A DNA stretch of 64,000 bases from Octopus sinensis (lineage: Eukaryota). Under the pieces are notes generated by a model that worked only from the letters and a program-made list of their open reading frames with translations, had not been told where the DNA came from and ran no database searches. The stretch covers positions 136,276,001 through 136,340,000 of the forward strand of contig NC_042999.1 in assembly GCF_006345805.1 (NCBI RefSeq). Direction: 5' to 3'. Both the position numbers and the translations under genes were made by a program. Numbering within the stretch: position 1 is the stretch's first letter; each line of letters opens with the position of its first letter. Positions 24,723-37,493 of this stretch are shown in pieces.

Positions 24723-26129
24723 AAACCCCCTCTCTCAATACATAAAAGAGAATTGGAACGATTCCTGGACGATTGTTTTATACTTTGGAATGAAAACACA
24801 GATAAACTCCTAAAATTTAAAAACCTATTGAACAGCATAAACCCAAATATACAGTTCACAATGGAATACAACCAAAAGGAGCTCCCATTCTTGGATATAC
24901 TAATTAAAAAAATTAACCTTAAAATAGAAACAGACATTTTTTACAAAGCCACAGACGTCAAACAATACCCTCTTTTTAATTGATGCCACCCAAGACACAC
25001 TAAAACAAACATTCCCTTCAACCTTGCAAGAAGGATATGCACAATAGTGTCAGAACAAAATACCAGGAACTTTAGACTGCAAGAACTCAAAAACACCCTA
25101 ATTGACAGACATTACCCAGCTCAACTCATAGAGGATGGGATCAGACGTGCAACAGAAATCAACATAGAAACTTTAAGAAAAGTTCAACACAACAACACAC
25201 CTTCCCCGAAAATACTACCTTACATATCTACACACAACCCCAGAAACAAAGAAGCCTTCACCATCATCACCCAGAATTTACCAATACTTCATAAGGACCC
25301 CAAATTAAAGGAAATTCTAAACATACACCAAATCATTAAAAGCTACCTAAATCACTAAAAAAGATTCACACAAAGGCAAAATTGTTTTCTGAAATTACGG
25401 ATGCAAAAGTAAAAAAATGTGGTAGATCAAACTGTGCAACATGTCCAAACCTGCTAGAAGGATCAGAATTCCTCTTCAAAAGGGACAGAAATTCAAGATC
25501 AAATCTAATTTTACTTGTGCCTCTGAAAACATAATTTATGTCATAAAATGCTCGGGCTGCCACCAAGACTACGTGGGCTCCACGGGACTATCACTCAGAC
25601 GTAGATGCACACTGCATCGACAACAGATTGCATTCCCAGAATATAGAATGATACCTTTTAGTGAGCACATTGAGAAATGCGCAAAGCAACTACTACCACA
25701 ATTTTTAATCTTTCCATTTTACCAATGTGCTATCGGATCATCAACACAAATGAGACTGAACAAGGAAACATTCTTCATTGAAAAGTACAAGCCCAGACTT
25801 AACCATTCCAACATACTTATACAGAGAAATTCACACCAAGGGAAAGGCAAAAAATTTAAAGCGATTATCTCCCTTACACCGGAAGAAATCACTTATTACC
25901 TCCCCTTATCTAGAACTCTTTTCAACATAAACATAACGATAACTCTTCTCAACATAAACATAACGACGTAATAAATTTGAAAAGCTAAACGCGAAACCGG
26001 TCTTTCTTCTAAACTATGTCATTGTAATAAAAAAATTTATAATATTCTTCAGACATATTGACTCAAATATATATTTTTTAACCTTTTAAAACAAGCCTTC
26101 TGTAGTTTTTTCACTTTTTACTATTTTCT
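24723..26129 (+). mobile_element. Penelope-like retroelement, 5'-truncated and frameshifted; right arm of palindrome
   Basis: Reverse complement of 23278-24693. It has a 1-nt deletion before FLDD, a TCA>TGA stop, a 7-nt deletion near 25350 and a further 1-nt deletion. The ORF pieces at 24678, 25047 and 25441 reconstruct the same protein. Confidence 0.92.
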
Positions 26130-26170
26130 ATATATTCAACCACGTGCTTTCACAAACCAACTTTCTTATC

Positions 26171-26212
<42 letters not shown>

Positions 26213-27312
26213 AGAATATAGTATTGACAGTGACTTTGAAGTTTTAGCCTGCTTGACCTTTATCAGACTGAGACTTCAAAGTCACTGTAAAATACTATTC
26301 TTTTTTAAAAGTTATACTTCAGTTCTATGTAAAATTGTTTTTATTATAACTCAAAGTAAAAACAAGCGTTAGAATAAGAATATATATATAATAACAGAAA
26401 TTACTAAAAAGAACCAAATTAAAAATGAGGCAATGAAATGTCATGCCAACTTGTTGACAAGAAAAGCCCACTCTGTGGATGGTACTTGACAAAAACAAGC
26501 AAAGAGGTAGACAAAGAAATTACTCAGCACTTAGTGAAAAACCAGGACTCAAAGCTCTGAGACCAAAGGACTTTTGAGAGGTTTTTCTTTTAAAATATTA
26601 GAATTCATCTCTCCACTTAACACACAAACTTATCTCCATTTAGAAAAAAATGCTAATGCAATTAATTACTAATTACATAGGACTTTTATACTCTGCAATT
26701 TACTGACTTGCACAAGCAGAGAGATGTAGAAAATTCACAGAAATATTATTGTCTCATAATCTACTTATCAGTTCAAATAGTTAATAATGTATTTCTGAAA
26801 GAAAAAGAAAAACTAACAAAATATAAAAGCATCAAGACAAGAATTGTCATCATCATCATCATCATTATCATTTTAACATCCACTTTTCCATGCCTACATA
26901 GGTCAGATGGAATTTATGTTGAGGTGGATTTTCTACAGCCAGATGCCCTTCCTGTCACCAACCCTCATCTGTTTTGAAGTAAGGTCACATTTCTCCATGA
27001 CCAGACATGTTTTCACAGAAGATTGGAAATGAAGGACATCACTTACATGATGGAAACATTTGTTTACAACTATCACACCATGCTAAGGCAAGGAGCCAGT
27101 AACACACAAATACACATCCATCCATCTATCTATCCGTATGTATGTACATACATACATATGTATGTATATATGTACCCCCTCCCCTGAAATTACTGGTCTT
27201 GTGCCAAAATTTGAAACTAATAATAATAATAGTAAAATAATAATAATAATAATTAATTCTGGTTTATTGGCCACAATAGCTAACATAAATCCAAAAAACA
27301 TGTAAGGACAAA

Positions 27313-27344
<32 letters not shown>

Positions 27345-29162
27345 CAGTACCAGGCAGTGGCTCTTATGGCCTCTGATCTTAACTAAATGGAAGTGTTATC
27401 ATGTACTACTTCCACCTAAGAATGCTCAGCATGCTTGTTTTTGTCTTTTTATCATCACTTCTGTGGTTCATCCTCCAGATTCTATACTAGGTTCAATACT
27501 TCCTCTCTAGAAATACACTGCATTGAAATTCCTGTCCTGCCCACAATATTCCAGCAGATACATGCAAGCAGAAATTTGAATTTAACATCAGCTATATCAA
27601 GCATACCAGTCTGAGAGAGCCTACAACAGCCAAAAGCTCTGCCCTGATTAAATACTGAAGAGAAATTTGGTCCAAGAAGTAAAAAAAGTCAGGAACATAT
27701 AAATCAGGGGCATAGCAATCCTGTTATTAGTGCTGGAAACAAAATCAAGAGAGAGGCATTGGGAAGGGATATCAAAATTTACACATATTTATTTTGCGAC
27801 AATAGTTAACAAAATCTGAGAGTTCTGGAAACTTATTGTCACTAGATCTAATTCAAGACATTCATCTGTTAATGTAGTCACCATTGAAATTTGTTATAAT
27901 AACAAGAATAAAATTAATTGTTTTATGTATAGTTGTGCTAACATACAAATATCAATATTCTAACATCCGGTCATTTAGATATCACAGTTCAGAATTGCAG
28001 TAAATGAAATAAAACTCTAAGAACAGTGGCTTATTCTTAATTGTATAATGTACAATCTCTACAGAAGCAATAATTAATGAGAAATATTTAATAAGATAAC
28101 CATGAATTATTTATTAATATCAATAATATGATGGAATATAATACAAAATTACATTTGATATCACAGCTGACTATAATTTAATATTAATGCCAGCATTTCA
28201 GATGAACTACATATTCCTCTATTATACACTGTTTTACATCTGACCAAGTTCTGAATCCAAATCCTGACGTCACTTTTGTCTTTTGTTCTTCTGGATTGGA
28301 TAAAATAAGTAATAGTAGCAATACTGGAGTTGATTTGATTCCTCAAGCATTCTGGCTTATCTCCATTATAATGTGATATTATGTCTGAGTTAAAAGATCA
28401 AATCTTGCTGTGCTCATCGCTTTTATTTTTAATCCTTCTGGAATCATCCTTGTTATTTTTCTTCACCATCACCATTATTGTCTGCTTTTCCTTGCTTGAA
28501 TGGGTTGGATGGAATTCACAGAGGAAGATTTTCTACAGCCAAATGCCCTTCTTGTCACTAAACTCTCATTTCTTTCCAAGCAAAGTAATGTTTCTCTGTG
28601 GTCAGACATATTTTCACAGAAGATTTAGCCACAACTAACACAGCTTGTAAGATGATGATGCTTGTTTCACTACTATCATGCAATATCAAAAATATGAGAC
28701 ACAAACACACACACATACATCAGAACAAAGAGTTATTAATAAGGGATTAATAATCCAGACAAAATAGTTCTTAAGCTCTCTGCAGATACAAGTACACCAG
28801 GATAATGAAAGGTCTTGTCATTGGTATGGAACTGCAGGTAATCCGAAGTCAAAGTCCATCACTAGTCAACTTTGCACAACTGAGTTGATATGGTTTGTTT
28901 TCACAGAGTGATATATGAAAAAAAATGTAACTAATGGACTTTATATATTATTTGTCCTTTACAGACTTACAAGTGTTTCAGATATACATTTTGGGTTCAT
29001 TCATGGTTCAATTTAATGAATCACTCGAACAATCAATTGAAAATATAGGGAACAACCATTGGAATGCTTCAGAGTCCAACACATGTGTGTGTGGTGGGGT
29101 GCATGTCTATACTGAAAAAAATATAAAAAGATGCACAGAAATTCTATGTTGGACAAAATATG

Positions 29163-29200
<38 letters not shown>

Positions 29201-29246
29201 ACATAAAATTTCTGTGCATTCTGCTTCTTATCGAACCTTTTTACTT

Positions 29247-29279
<33 letters not shown>

Positions 29280-29329
29280 GCACGCATGCACACACACACA
29301 TATATGTATGTATGTATATGTATCTCTAT

Positions 29330-29575
29330 GCACATCTTTCAAGGCAATGTATGCGAAGTTTGCAAATCTAACAGAGGCCTCAATGGGCATTTTAAGATCC
29401 ACAAAGATCAGAACCCTATTGCAGCTCTTGGTGGTTCAAATTGGATATGCAATCTATGTGGGTGTCTTTTCAAAACATTGTCTGGTTTAAAAAGCCATAT
29501 CAGATGCCATGATGTTTCTAAGGTGTAGGTACAGGAGGTGGTCAAACTCTGCATAAGGAGTAGACAACTACCATA
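29330..29575 (+). mobile_element. Two tandem C2H2-like fingers, probably an RTE-type LINE 3' end
   Basis: CEVCKSNRGLNGHFKIH and CNLCGCLFKTLSGLKSHIRCH, then a stop, a short UTR and a (CATA)-like tail. Confidence 0.5.
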
Positions 29576-30719
29576 TATACATACATATATGCATCTGTGG
29601 CCTCTGTCATTAATGACCATAGATGATGTTTGTAGTTGTCTGCCCTTCTGGAACAGAACTGTCTATAGTTGAACAGTTTGCTGATTGAATGGCAGTCTCT
29701 GCTAAACAAGATGCACTTGTGAGCTGTTCCAGTGCTGTTTGAGTAGTAGCCTTCTTTCCTTTCTCACTAGTATAGGGTATGCGATAGGGTCTAAGTTGGA
29801 GCAGTATGGTATGGAGGAACAAGTTATTGCCCATGTAGAGTGACCCCACTCTACACATCAAAGACAGACCCAAAGAAATAGCATGGCTATTACAATTTGG
29901 CACTAGTATCATCACAGGAGTTGCCAAAATGAGGTTGTAGACAACACTGAACTACTTCGGGGGTGCCAACTCTTGATTTTTCTCCAGGAATTACTCCCAA
30001 AGACTTTCCCATGGCAGCAAGGATTCTTTTCAGTTTCTGCCTATTGAATCCACTCAGAAATCTTTGGTCAGCTCAAGGCTAGAATAGAAAACACTTGCCC
30101 CAAAGTACCACACAAGAGGACCAACAAGAAACCAAGTAGTTTATAAGCAAACATTTTTAACCACACAGCCATGCCTGCATGTCGATAATATAAATTAAAA
30201 TACCAGTAATACATTACAATTGATTTAATCTCTCAAAATTTGTGGTTCTATGCCAATGTTAGAAATCAATAGCAATGCAGCTATTAATGCAGCAACAGTT
30301 TTGTTAGTTCTGAATCAGCATGACTGGGGTGGTTGGGTGGAAAGTATATTATGACTGTTTGCAAAGACTTTCTTGGACACGAAGGATAATAAATTGGGGG
30401 GGGGGTACTTGAATCTGGAAGATAGAAAGAAGGAGGAAAGGAGAGTGGTTGAATTTGATCCTGAACCAGTACCAGATGCTTGAATTAGTTAAGTGAAGAG
30501 AGAAGAAAGTTCTGTCACTGTCTTCATCATCACCATCATCACAGTTGTCGTAATTGTCAACAACCACCATTATCAATATACCCCACCTTCCCTCTATCCC
30601 CTCCCCTTCTCTTTCCTCTTATTCTCCTCACTTCTCCTCCTCATCCCCCTCCACCACAATCATCCCTTTTTCATTCCAGCACAGTGTCTTATCGCTTATT
30701 GTAGTCATATTGTAATCTT

Positions 30720-31030
30720 CTTCATGCAGTTCAACTTCCTGAGATCAGCATTCACAATTTCCCATGTCTTCCTTGGGTCTTCCTTTTCCATAGTTCACTC
30801 CCTCTTGGATGGATAACTCAGTGGATCATAATCCAATCGTTCCTAACTCCTCATGCATCACATGTCCATACCACAGCTCAGTTTTCCCTTCTTATGCAGA
30901 ACATCTGATTCCTCTTAAACCTGGTTTTTTCTCTCAGCTTGTATGTGCTTTCACACATATGTACCAGTATCAAACATCCAGCAGAATATGCTTGCCTCAA
31001 AATGTAGTAAACATCAGTGAACTGATGAGA
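30720..31030 (-). mobile_element. RTE-clade LINE fragment
   Basis: Remnant GRPRKTWEIVNADLRKLN with upstream decayed RT thumb sequence. Confidence 0.55.
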
Positions 31031-31219
31031 TTAATTCAAGATAAAGTTATAGAAATCATGAAATAAGTGCTTGTTGTGTTATCTGAAAATATCAATCATG
31101 ATAGACAGCTGTAGATCTATTGGATAGATATTACAATATATTGGGGCAGACAAATAGAAAGCCCAGAGCTGAAATTTTTATTGACCAAGCTTCTTTGATG
31201 CAGATTCAGTGATGTTAAA

Positions 31220-31790
31220 ATCATGAGAGAGAGAGGGAGGCAGGGAGGGAGAAAAAAGAGAGAGATACTTCTTGTAGGAAGGATAAGCTGTACTTCTGTT
31301 AGAGGGAGAAAGAGAGGAGAGGAGAGAAAGAGAGAGAGATACTTTCTTTAGACAGGGTGAGCTGTATATAGCTGTACATCTATTAGAGGGGGGGAAGAGA
31401 GAGAGATTTCCATGAAATCTTTCTTCAAGCTTTCATTTGAGAAAGGAAGATTTTTCCATGAGAGACTTTTAAAGAAAGAAAGAAGGATGGAAGGAAGGAA
31501 GGAAGGAAGGAGGAAGGAAGGATGGAAGGAAGAGAGAAAGAAAGAACAAACGAAAGAACAAAAGAAGAAATGGAAGAAAGAATGAAGGAAATAAAGAACA
31601 AAATTCAGAAAGAAAGATAGAAAGAAAAAATATAGAAAGAAGGAAGGAAAGAAAAGAAGAAAGAAAGAAAGAAAAAAAAGAAAGGGAAAAGAAAGAAAGA
31701 AAAAAGGATAGAAAGAAAAGCAGACAGAGAGGCAAACATGAAGAAAGAGACATTTCTAAGAGAGAAAGGGATAGAAACAGACAGGCAGAA
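31220..31790 (+). repeat. Long purine-rich (GA/GAAA/GGAA) tract
   Basis: About 31480-31790 is nearly pyrimidine-free on the plus strand. Confidence 0.9.
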
Positions 31791-32489
31791 CTAATGACCA
31801 TTCATTTACACAACTCAAGTTGTGTACTATGACTGTATGAGATTATAACAGCAGTTCAAAATCAATAAAATCACACATGTTCTTAGACTGAAAGGAAATA
31901 TTAAAATGTTTTACGATATTTCACAATATTTCAAATAATGCAATCAAATGAAATATTATGAGAATGCTATGATTTCGTTATTACATAATAAACACCATCT
32001 TCATTATACTTCTTAACTTGGTGAAGTGCTTTCTTTATGATTTGTTATCGGTACAAGAGCAAAGAAAGATAGTAGGAAGGATAACATAATGCTTAAGAGT
32101 TCTTAATAGTACTAAGAAAACTTAAAATAAGTCTTGTATTAGTTCAGAAAATAGATTTATCCAGTCAGCAACAACAGAATAACAGTATGTTCTTGTTGTT
32201 GTTGCTGTGATCTTATGTCAGCTCCACTCAAACAGATAATGATCAAAAGTATTCAAGTCATGACCACCATGTATGTCAGTATGCCTAGGACTACATGCGT
32301 GGTGCATTCCAGAAGCTCTGAGATTTTTTTAGGAGAGGCAGTTATAACTGTTCTAACTGATAGTAATTTTAATTTATCATTACTACACATCTCATAAGCT
32401 GATCTGCCAATTCTTGTTATTTCAGATTGAAGGAGACAGCTGTAACCACTTTGAACATAACCTACTAAACACTGCTTGATGCAGCTGGC

Positions 32490-32990
32490 AGTTGGAACAT
32501 AAAGATAATTTGGAAGTTCACTATGCAATAAAGTTTTGTATTAAACAAGGCAAAAATGCTACAGAAACATATGAAATGCTCCAGGTTGCTTATGGATTAA
32601 CTTGTATTGAGGTGAACATCTATTTTTTTTTTTTTTTTGCTGGCACAGGAGGCCAAGCAAAGCAAGTCCACCAGGAAGCTCATGATGATCCCCTTTTTTG
32701 ACAGCAAGGGCATGATCTCCATCCACTAGGTTCCTTTTGGCAAAGAGTACTTGGTGAAAGTTTGAAGAGATTTCATTGCAAAAGGCTAGAGAACCTGCAC
32801 CAGTCCAAAATTCCATCCTGGTAATCAACTACTTGATAGAGATGGGCATCAAAACAATCCCTCATCCTCCCTATAACCCAGAAGCTGAAGAAGATGGAGG
32901 AGGTTGTAACAAGGGTCTTGGATACCTGCACTTTGGAGGACTTCCATAGGACCCTCATGAAATAGCTGGAGTGCTACAACAAGCAGTTAT
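32490..32990 (+). mobile_element. Internally deleted, decayed mariner transposase relic
   Basis: HYAIKFCIKQGKNATETYEMLQVAYG, then fragments KLMMIPFFDSKGM, EMGIKTIPHPPYNP and VTRVLDT..LEDFH. TIRs were not identified. Confidence 0.75.
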
Positions 32991-33689
32991 TTCAATGATA
33001 ATTACTGGTGGTTGTACACAAAAGTTCTTTCTTTATCTTCCTCTTTGCCCTATCTTTATATTTTACTTGTTTCAGTCATTGGACTGTGGCTATGTTGATG
33101 CACTGTCTTGAAAGGTTTAGTTGAACAAATCAACTCCAGTACAAGAGAATAAGTACCTGAATTACTGGTGCCTATTAAGGCTTTGGTTTGCCTAGGGCTA
33201 TAGCAGAAAATACGTGCCTATGGTAGCATGCAGTGGGACAGTACCCAAAATCATTTGACTGGGAAGCAAGCTACTCATCCACACAACTATGCCTGCACCC
33301 ATACTATCTTTACATCTGAGATGGTGCACCCACCATGCACATGTTCATCATCAGACTACTAAAAAATGGCCAATGGCATAACTCTTCCTATGCTGACACC
33401 CAAATTTATGGTTCACTACAACAACAACAACAACAGTTTCTGATCTTCTGAACTTATTGTATATTGGTCCTACTTAAATACTATTCATGCACCCTTCTCT
33501 CTTTACACTGTCATTCATCCTAGAGTTTGTACTAAGCAATATTCAGAACTGCAAATCTCTGTAACATGCTTGCTACCCATGATTTTCTTTTCAGCCACTG
33601 ACTTCAATGGTTCAAACTGAAGTATTTTCATTAATAATAATGTTCATCTGTCATTGTCAGTGATGACCAGAACATCATATGGGAGAAGA

Positions 33690-33935
33690 AGATCATGGTA
33701 CATCCAGTTGTGGCCAATCATGTTGATGCATACTCAGGAGTTTCTGCCACAGGTCAGGCACTGGTGGTCTACTGGGAATAAAGGCAAGGAGGTGGCTCTG
33801 GACTCGCACAGCTCACGTTTTCTTTGTACTCCTGTGATCCTGTTCTGTTCATAGGAGGTAGCATCTCTGTTGGTGCAGCTATGCCAGGCAGGGTAGTCCT
33901 GTGCTTGCATTTCCCACACGTTGGGGTTGATCTGA
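33690..33935 (-). mobile_element. RTE/BovB-like LINE C-terminal fragment
   Basis: INPNVWEMQAQDYPAWHSC...YEQNRI...RKRELCESRA...HQCLTCGR with a broken C2H2 finger. Confidence 0.75.
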
Positions 33936-34512
33936 AAGTATTAATATTGTGCTAACAAACTAACCACACAAATTTGTGCAGTCTAATAGGATCTGGAAAA
34001 GCTATGAATACTGATCTAATCCTTAAATGAACTAATAAAGGTATCAGAAGGAAGTTCAAGACCAGCAAATTCCTGAGAACTTCTATACACTATTGATCTC
34101 ATTCTTGCGATATGCATTCAAAAAATTTCAAATATTGAAGGGTGAGCTTGAACCAATATGTTTATATGTAATGTGTAAAAGGGTAAAGAAAATGCTGTGA
34201 GTTAGTGGTACTCAATGGTATTTAAGGTAGAGATGACTGGAAACTTAAATCTGCACTAAGTGCAGATTTAAGTGTCCAACCCATATCAATGAGGAAATCA
34301 AAATGCTGAAATGATGATGATGACAACCATAATAATGGTGTTGGTGGTGCTGAGAGTGGTGGTGATGAAGATAATACCTAGACCATTAAGATAACAGTAT
34401 TACAATTTGAGACAGAGAGGGATCTAACAAGAAACTTGAAAGATGGAAAATCAAAGAATATAAGACACAAATTTGTTATCACATACAAAAAGAATCATAA
34501 ACCTTATGATGG

Positions 34513-34564
<52 letters not shown>

Positions 34565-36039
34565 AATGACGAAGATGATGATGAATAAATCATGGTTTAT
34601 ATAATGTATTCAGCTATTTTACCTTTCCAGCCAAATCTTATTGCAGTAAATCCTTACAAATTCAATAAGCTAATATTCAAGCTAACATGTAGCGATATGC
34701 AATCTGTATTGTGTGTGCTGCAGATGTTCATAATAGAAGCAGCAACAGTTGAGACATGGCTTATACTGCAGAAACAAATCATGGCCTGACAGTCATGTAA
34801 GATTAAGGCGACAGAAGGGCAAATTGGAGATGTAAATTTGCAATGAGATGACCGATACAAGCAGAAAACTGACCTCATAGCATTAGAGTTCAGTAAATGA
34901 AAAATTCTTTGAATGAACTCTGACTAAAATGTAACTAACTTCATGATTTACTTAGCTGGAACACTAACCTAATCTATCAACATATATAACCATTTAGTAT
35001 GCTTTACATCAAAATCTATGGAGCAAAGGAATAAACTCTGAAAAGAAAACGAAATTGAAGCTGAGTCAATGGGAGTTTTATTCATTTCATTTGAAAGGTG
35101 TCACATCACAGGAGTTGATCTATGACTTTCAGGCAAATCTATCATAAAAACAAATATCTATATTCATGTGTACCAGAAGACATGTAAAACTTAGTAGATA
35201 TAGTGAATTCACAATAAACCAAACCAAAAGTTAAAATTTCCTTTAAATCATCTTCATCTCAAGACATATTAGCTGAATTCTTCCCCCATTGCCACCATCA
35301 CCGCCACCTTGTGCTCTACCATATATCTAGCCATATGAAAAGCAGAAATTCCTTAACTGACTTTTATTACTGATAGCAATTCTCAACCAGTCCTTTCTAT
35401 TCCAAAACAACTTTCTAAGCTAATTGACAACTGGAAACTTTTATGATCCTTGTTCAACTATAGTTAACAGGTCACATCGCTAACGTTAAAACAAGTCATT
35501 TGCCTCTCATGCACATAGCTTCTGACAGTTTATATCAGCACTTTTCCATTGTTTAGCCTCATCTACCTTTTCTCATCCTTATCAAAGAATTCCATATGTA
35601 AAGAAAATAAGAAGAATATCTGTTTCTAGAGAATTCTTAATAGTCAACCTCCGGCTTCAGAACTCTGTAATATCTTATGATATAAGATAAATCAGTAAAT
35701 ACAAGTTGTAGATATCTATTTCAATTCAAAATTTCATTATCTTAAAAGGTTGGATACTTAATAAAACAAAACTAAAAGATAATCTATTTTTGATCTGTGA
35801 TATAGAAATAGCTTCATGGTTCATGCTTCTTTTTGAGCATTTTCGCACTTCTCAAATCATTCATGTAAAAATCCCATTTTGGAACTTTGTTTCTAATTCC
35901 TTTCCATTCAGGTGTTTATTTGAAGGAAATATTTAGCTGGAGGTTAAGCAACTAATTTAGAAGTTCTCTCAAGAAATGTTACAAATGCAAGTCAGTCGTT
36001 CAATACAGACAGCAACAAATTACTTCTTTTGAACACCAC

Positions 36040-36240
36040 CACTGCCACCACAAGCCACATTACTACAACCACCAGCACCACCACGTTACCACCACCACCA
36101 CCATAACTGTCAATTGCCACCAATACCATGACCAATCACCACCACCAACTACTACCACCATCACCACTACCACAACTTACCATCACTACCACCACCACCA
36201 CCACTACAACCACCTACCACCAACACCTTCTTACCACCTC
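36040..36240 (+). repeat. Degenerate (ACC)n array; other triplet arrays are (AAT)n 5615-5695, (ATT)n 7720-7785, (GAT)n 34510-34585 and (GGT/GAT)n 42690-42765
   Basis: Directly visible. Confidence 0.9.
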
Positions 36241-36883
36241 ACTACAAGCTTTCTTTCATTTTATCTCAAAGATAGTTTAATTATGGGAAGTTGTGTACTG
36301 AAGCCAAAGCCAATTATTTTTCTTAGAAACAAGCAAGCATAGCTAGAATATCACTTTTGATCCCTTACATGTATACATTAATGACTTCTAACACTGGCAT
36401 TAAGGCCTGACTTTATAATGTAAAGTGGATTATATAAAAACTCTACCTGGTTAAGACACTAGTCCTATCACGGATAAGCTTACCAAATTAACTGGTATCT
36501 ATTTCCTACCACAGCTGGGGTGAACTGAGTTAATGTGCAATAAAGTGTCCTACTCAAAAACATAACAAAACACCATCACCGGATTTGAACTCATGTTCCA
36601 TGATCAGGTAGTTTTATACCTTATTTACTTGACAGGCATGGCTGTGTGGGTAAGAAGTTTGCTTCTCAACTGCATGGTCTCATGAATACTATGAACTACA
36701 CTGTAATCATCCCTGGAATAGGGACAGTGATCTTAAGAGACATGTGATGTGTGGAAATGCATGTAGCAATGCATCTTGGGCCAAGTTTCTTCTACTATAG
36801 CCTCGGGCAGACCAAAGCCCTGTGAGTTGATTTAGTAGATGGAAACTGAAAGAAGCCTATCACATATATGTATATATACATAC

Positions 36884-37191
36884 ATAGTAATAATAATAAT
36901 CCTTGGATGGAATTCATAAACATTTAATGCATCACTACACACGTTTCCATAAATCACATGTCTCTTAAGATCACAGTCCATATTACAGTGTAGTCTGTAG
37001 TATCCAAGGGTATCAGGTTGATCATCTTCATGATTTCATTTCTTCAGACAATGACCATCTTCATGAATACTATGGGCTACACTGTAATCATCTCAGGAAT
37101 AAGGACAGTGATCTTAAGAGACATGTGATTTGTGGAAATGCGTATGGCAATGCATTAAATTCCATCCGAGGATTATTGCTATTATTACTAT
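36884..37191. repeat. Foldback element with about 115 bp imperfect arms
   Basis: 36895-37003 is the reverse complement of 37065-37177 (shared core AATCACATGTCTCTTAAGATCAC). Confidence 0.75.
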
Positions 37192-37332
37192 ATTTATCCT
37201 ATATTATATCAGTACAGCTTGATACAACCCCAAAAAACTGGTTCACTAGTCAGCATCATTAGATGGTGACCAGCATAATGGAATAGGAGCTTCATTTGCA
37301 TTTTCAAAAGGTTTCCCGTAAACAAATTTAAA

Positions 37333-37421
<89 letters not shown>

Positions 37422-37430
37422 TAGATAGAT

Positions 37431-37493
<63 letters not shown>

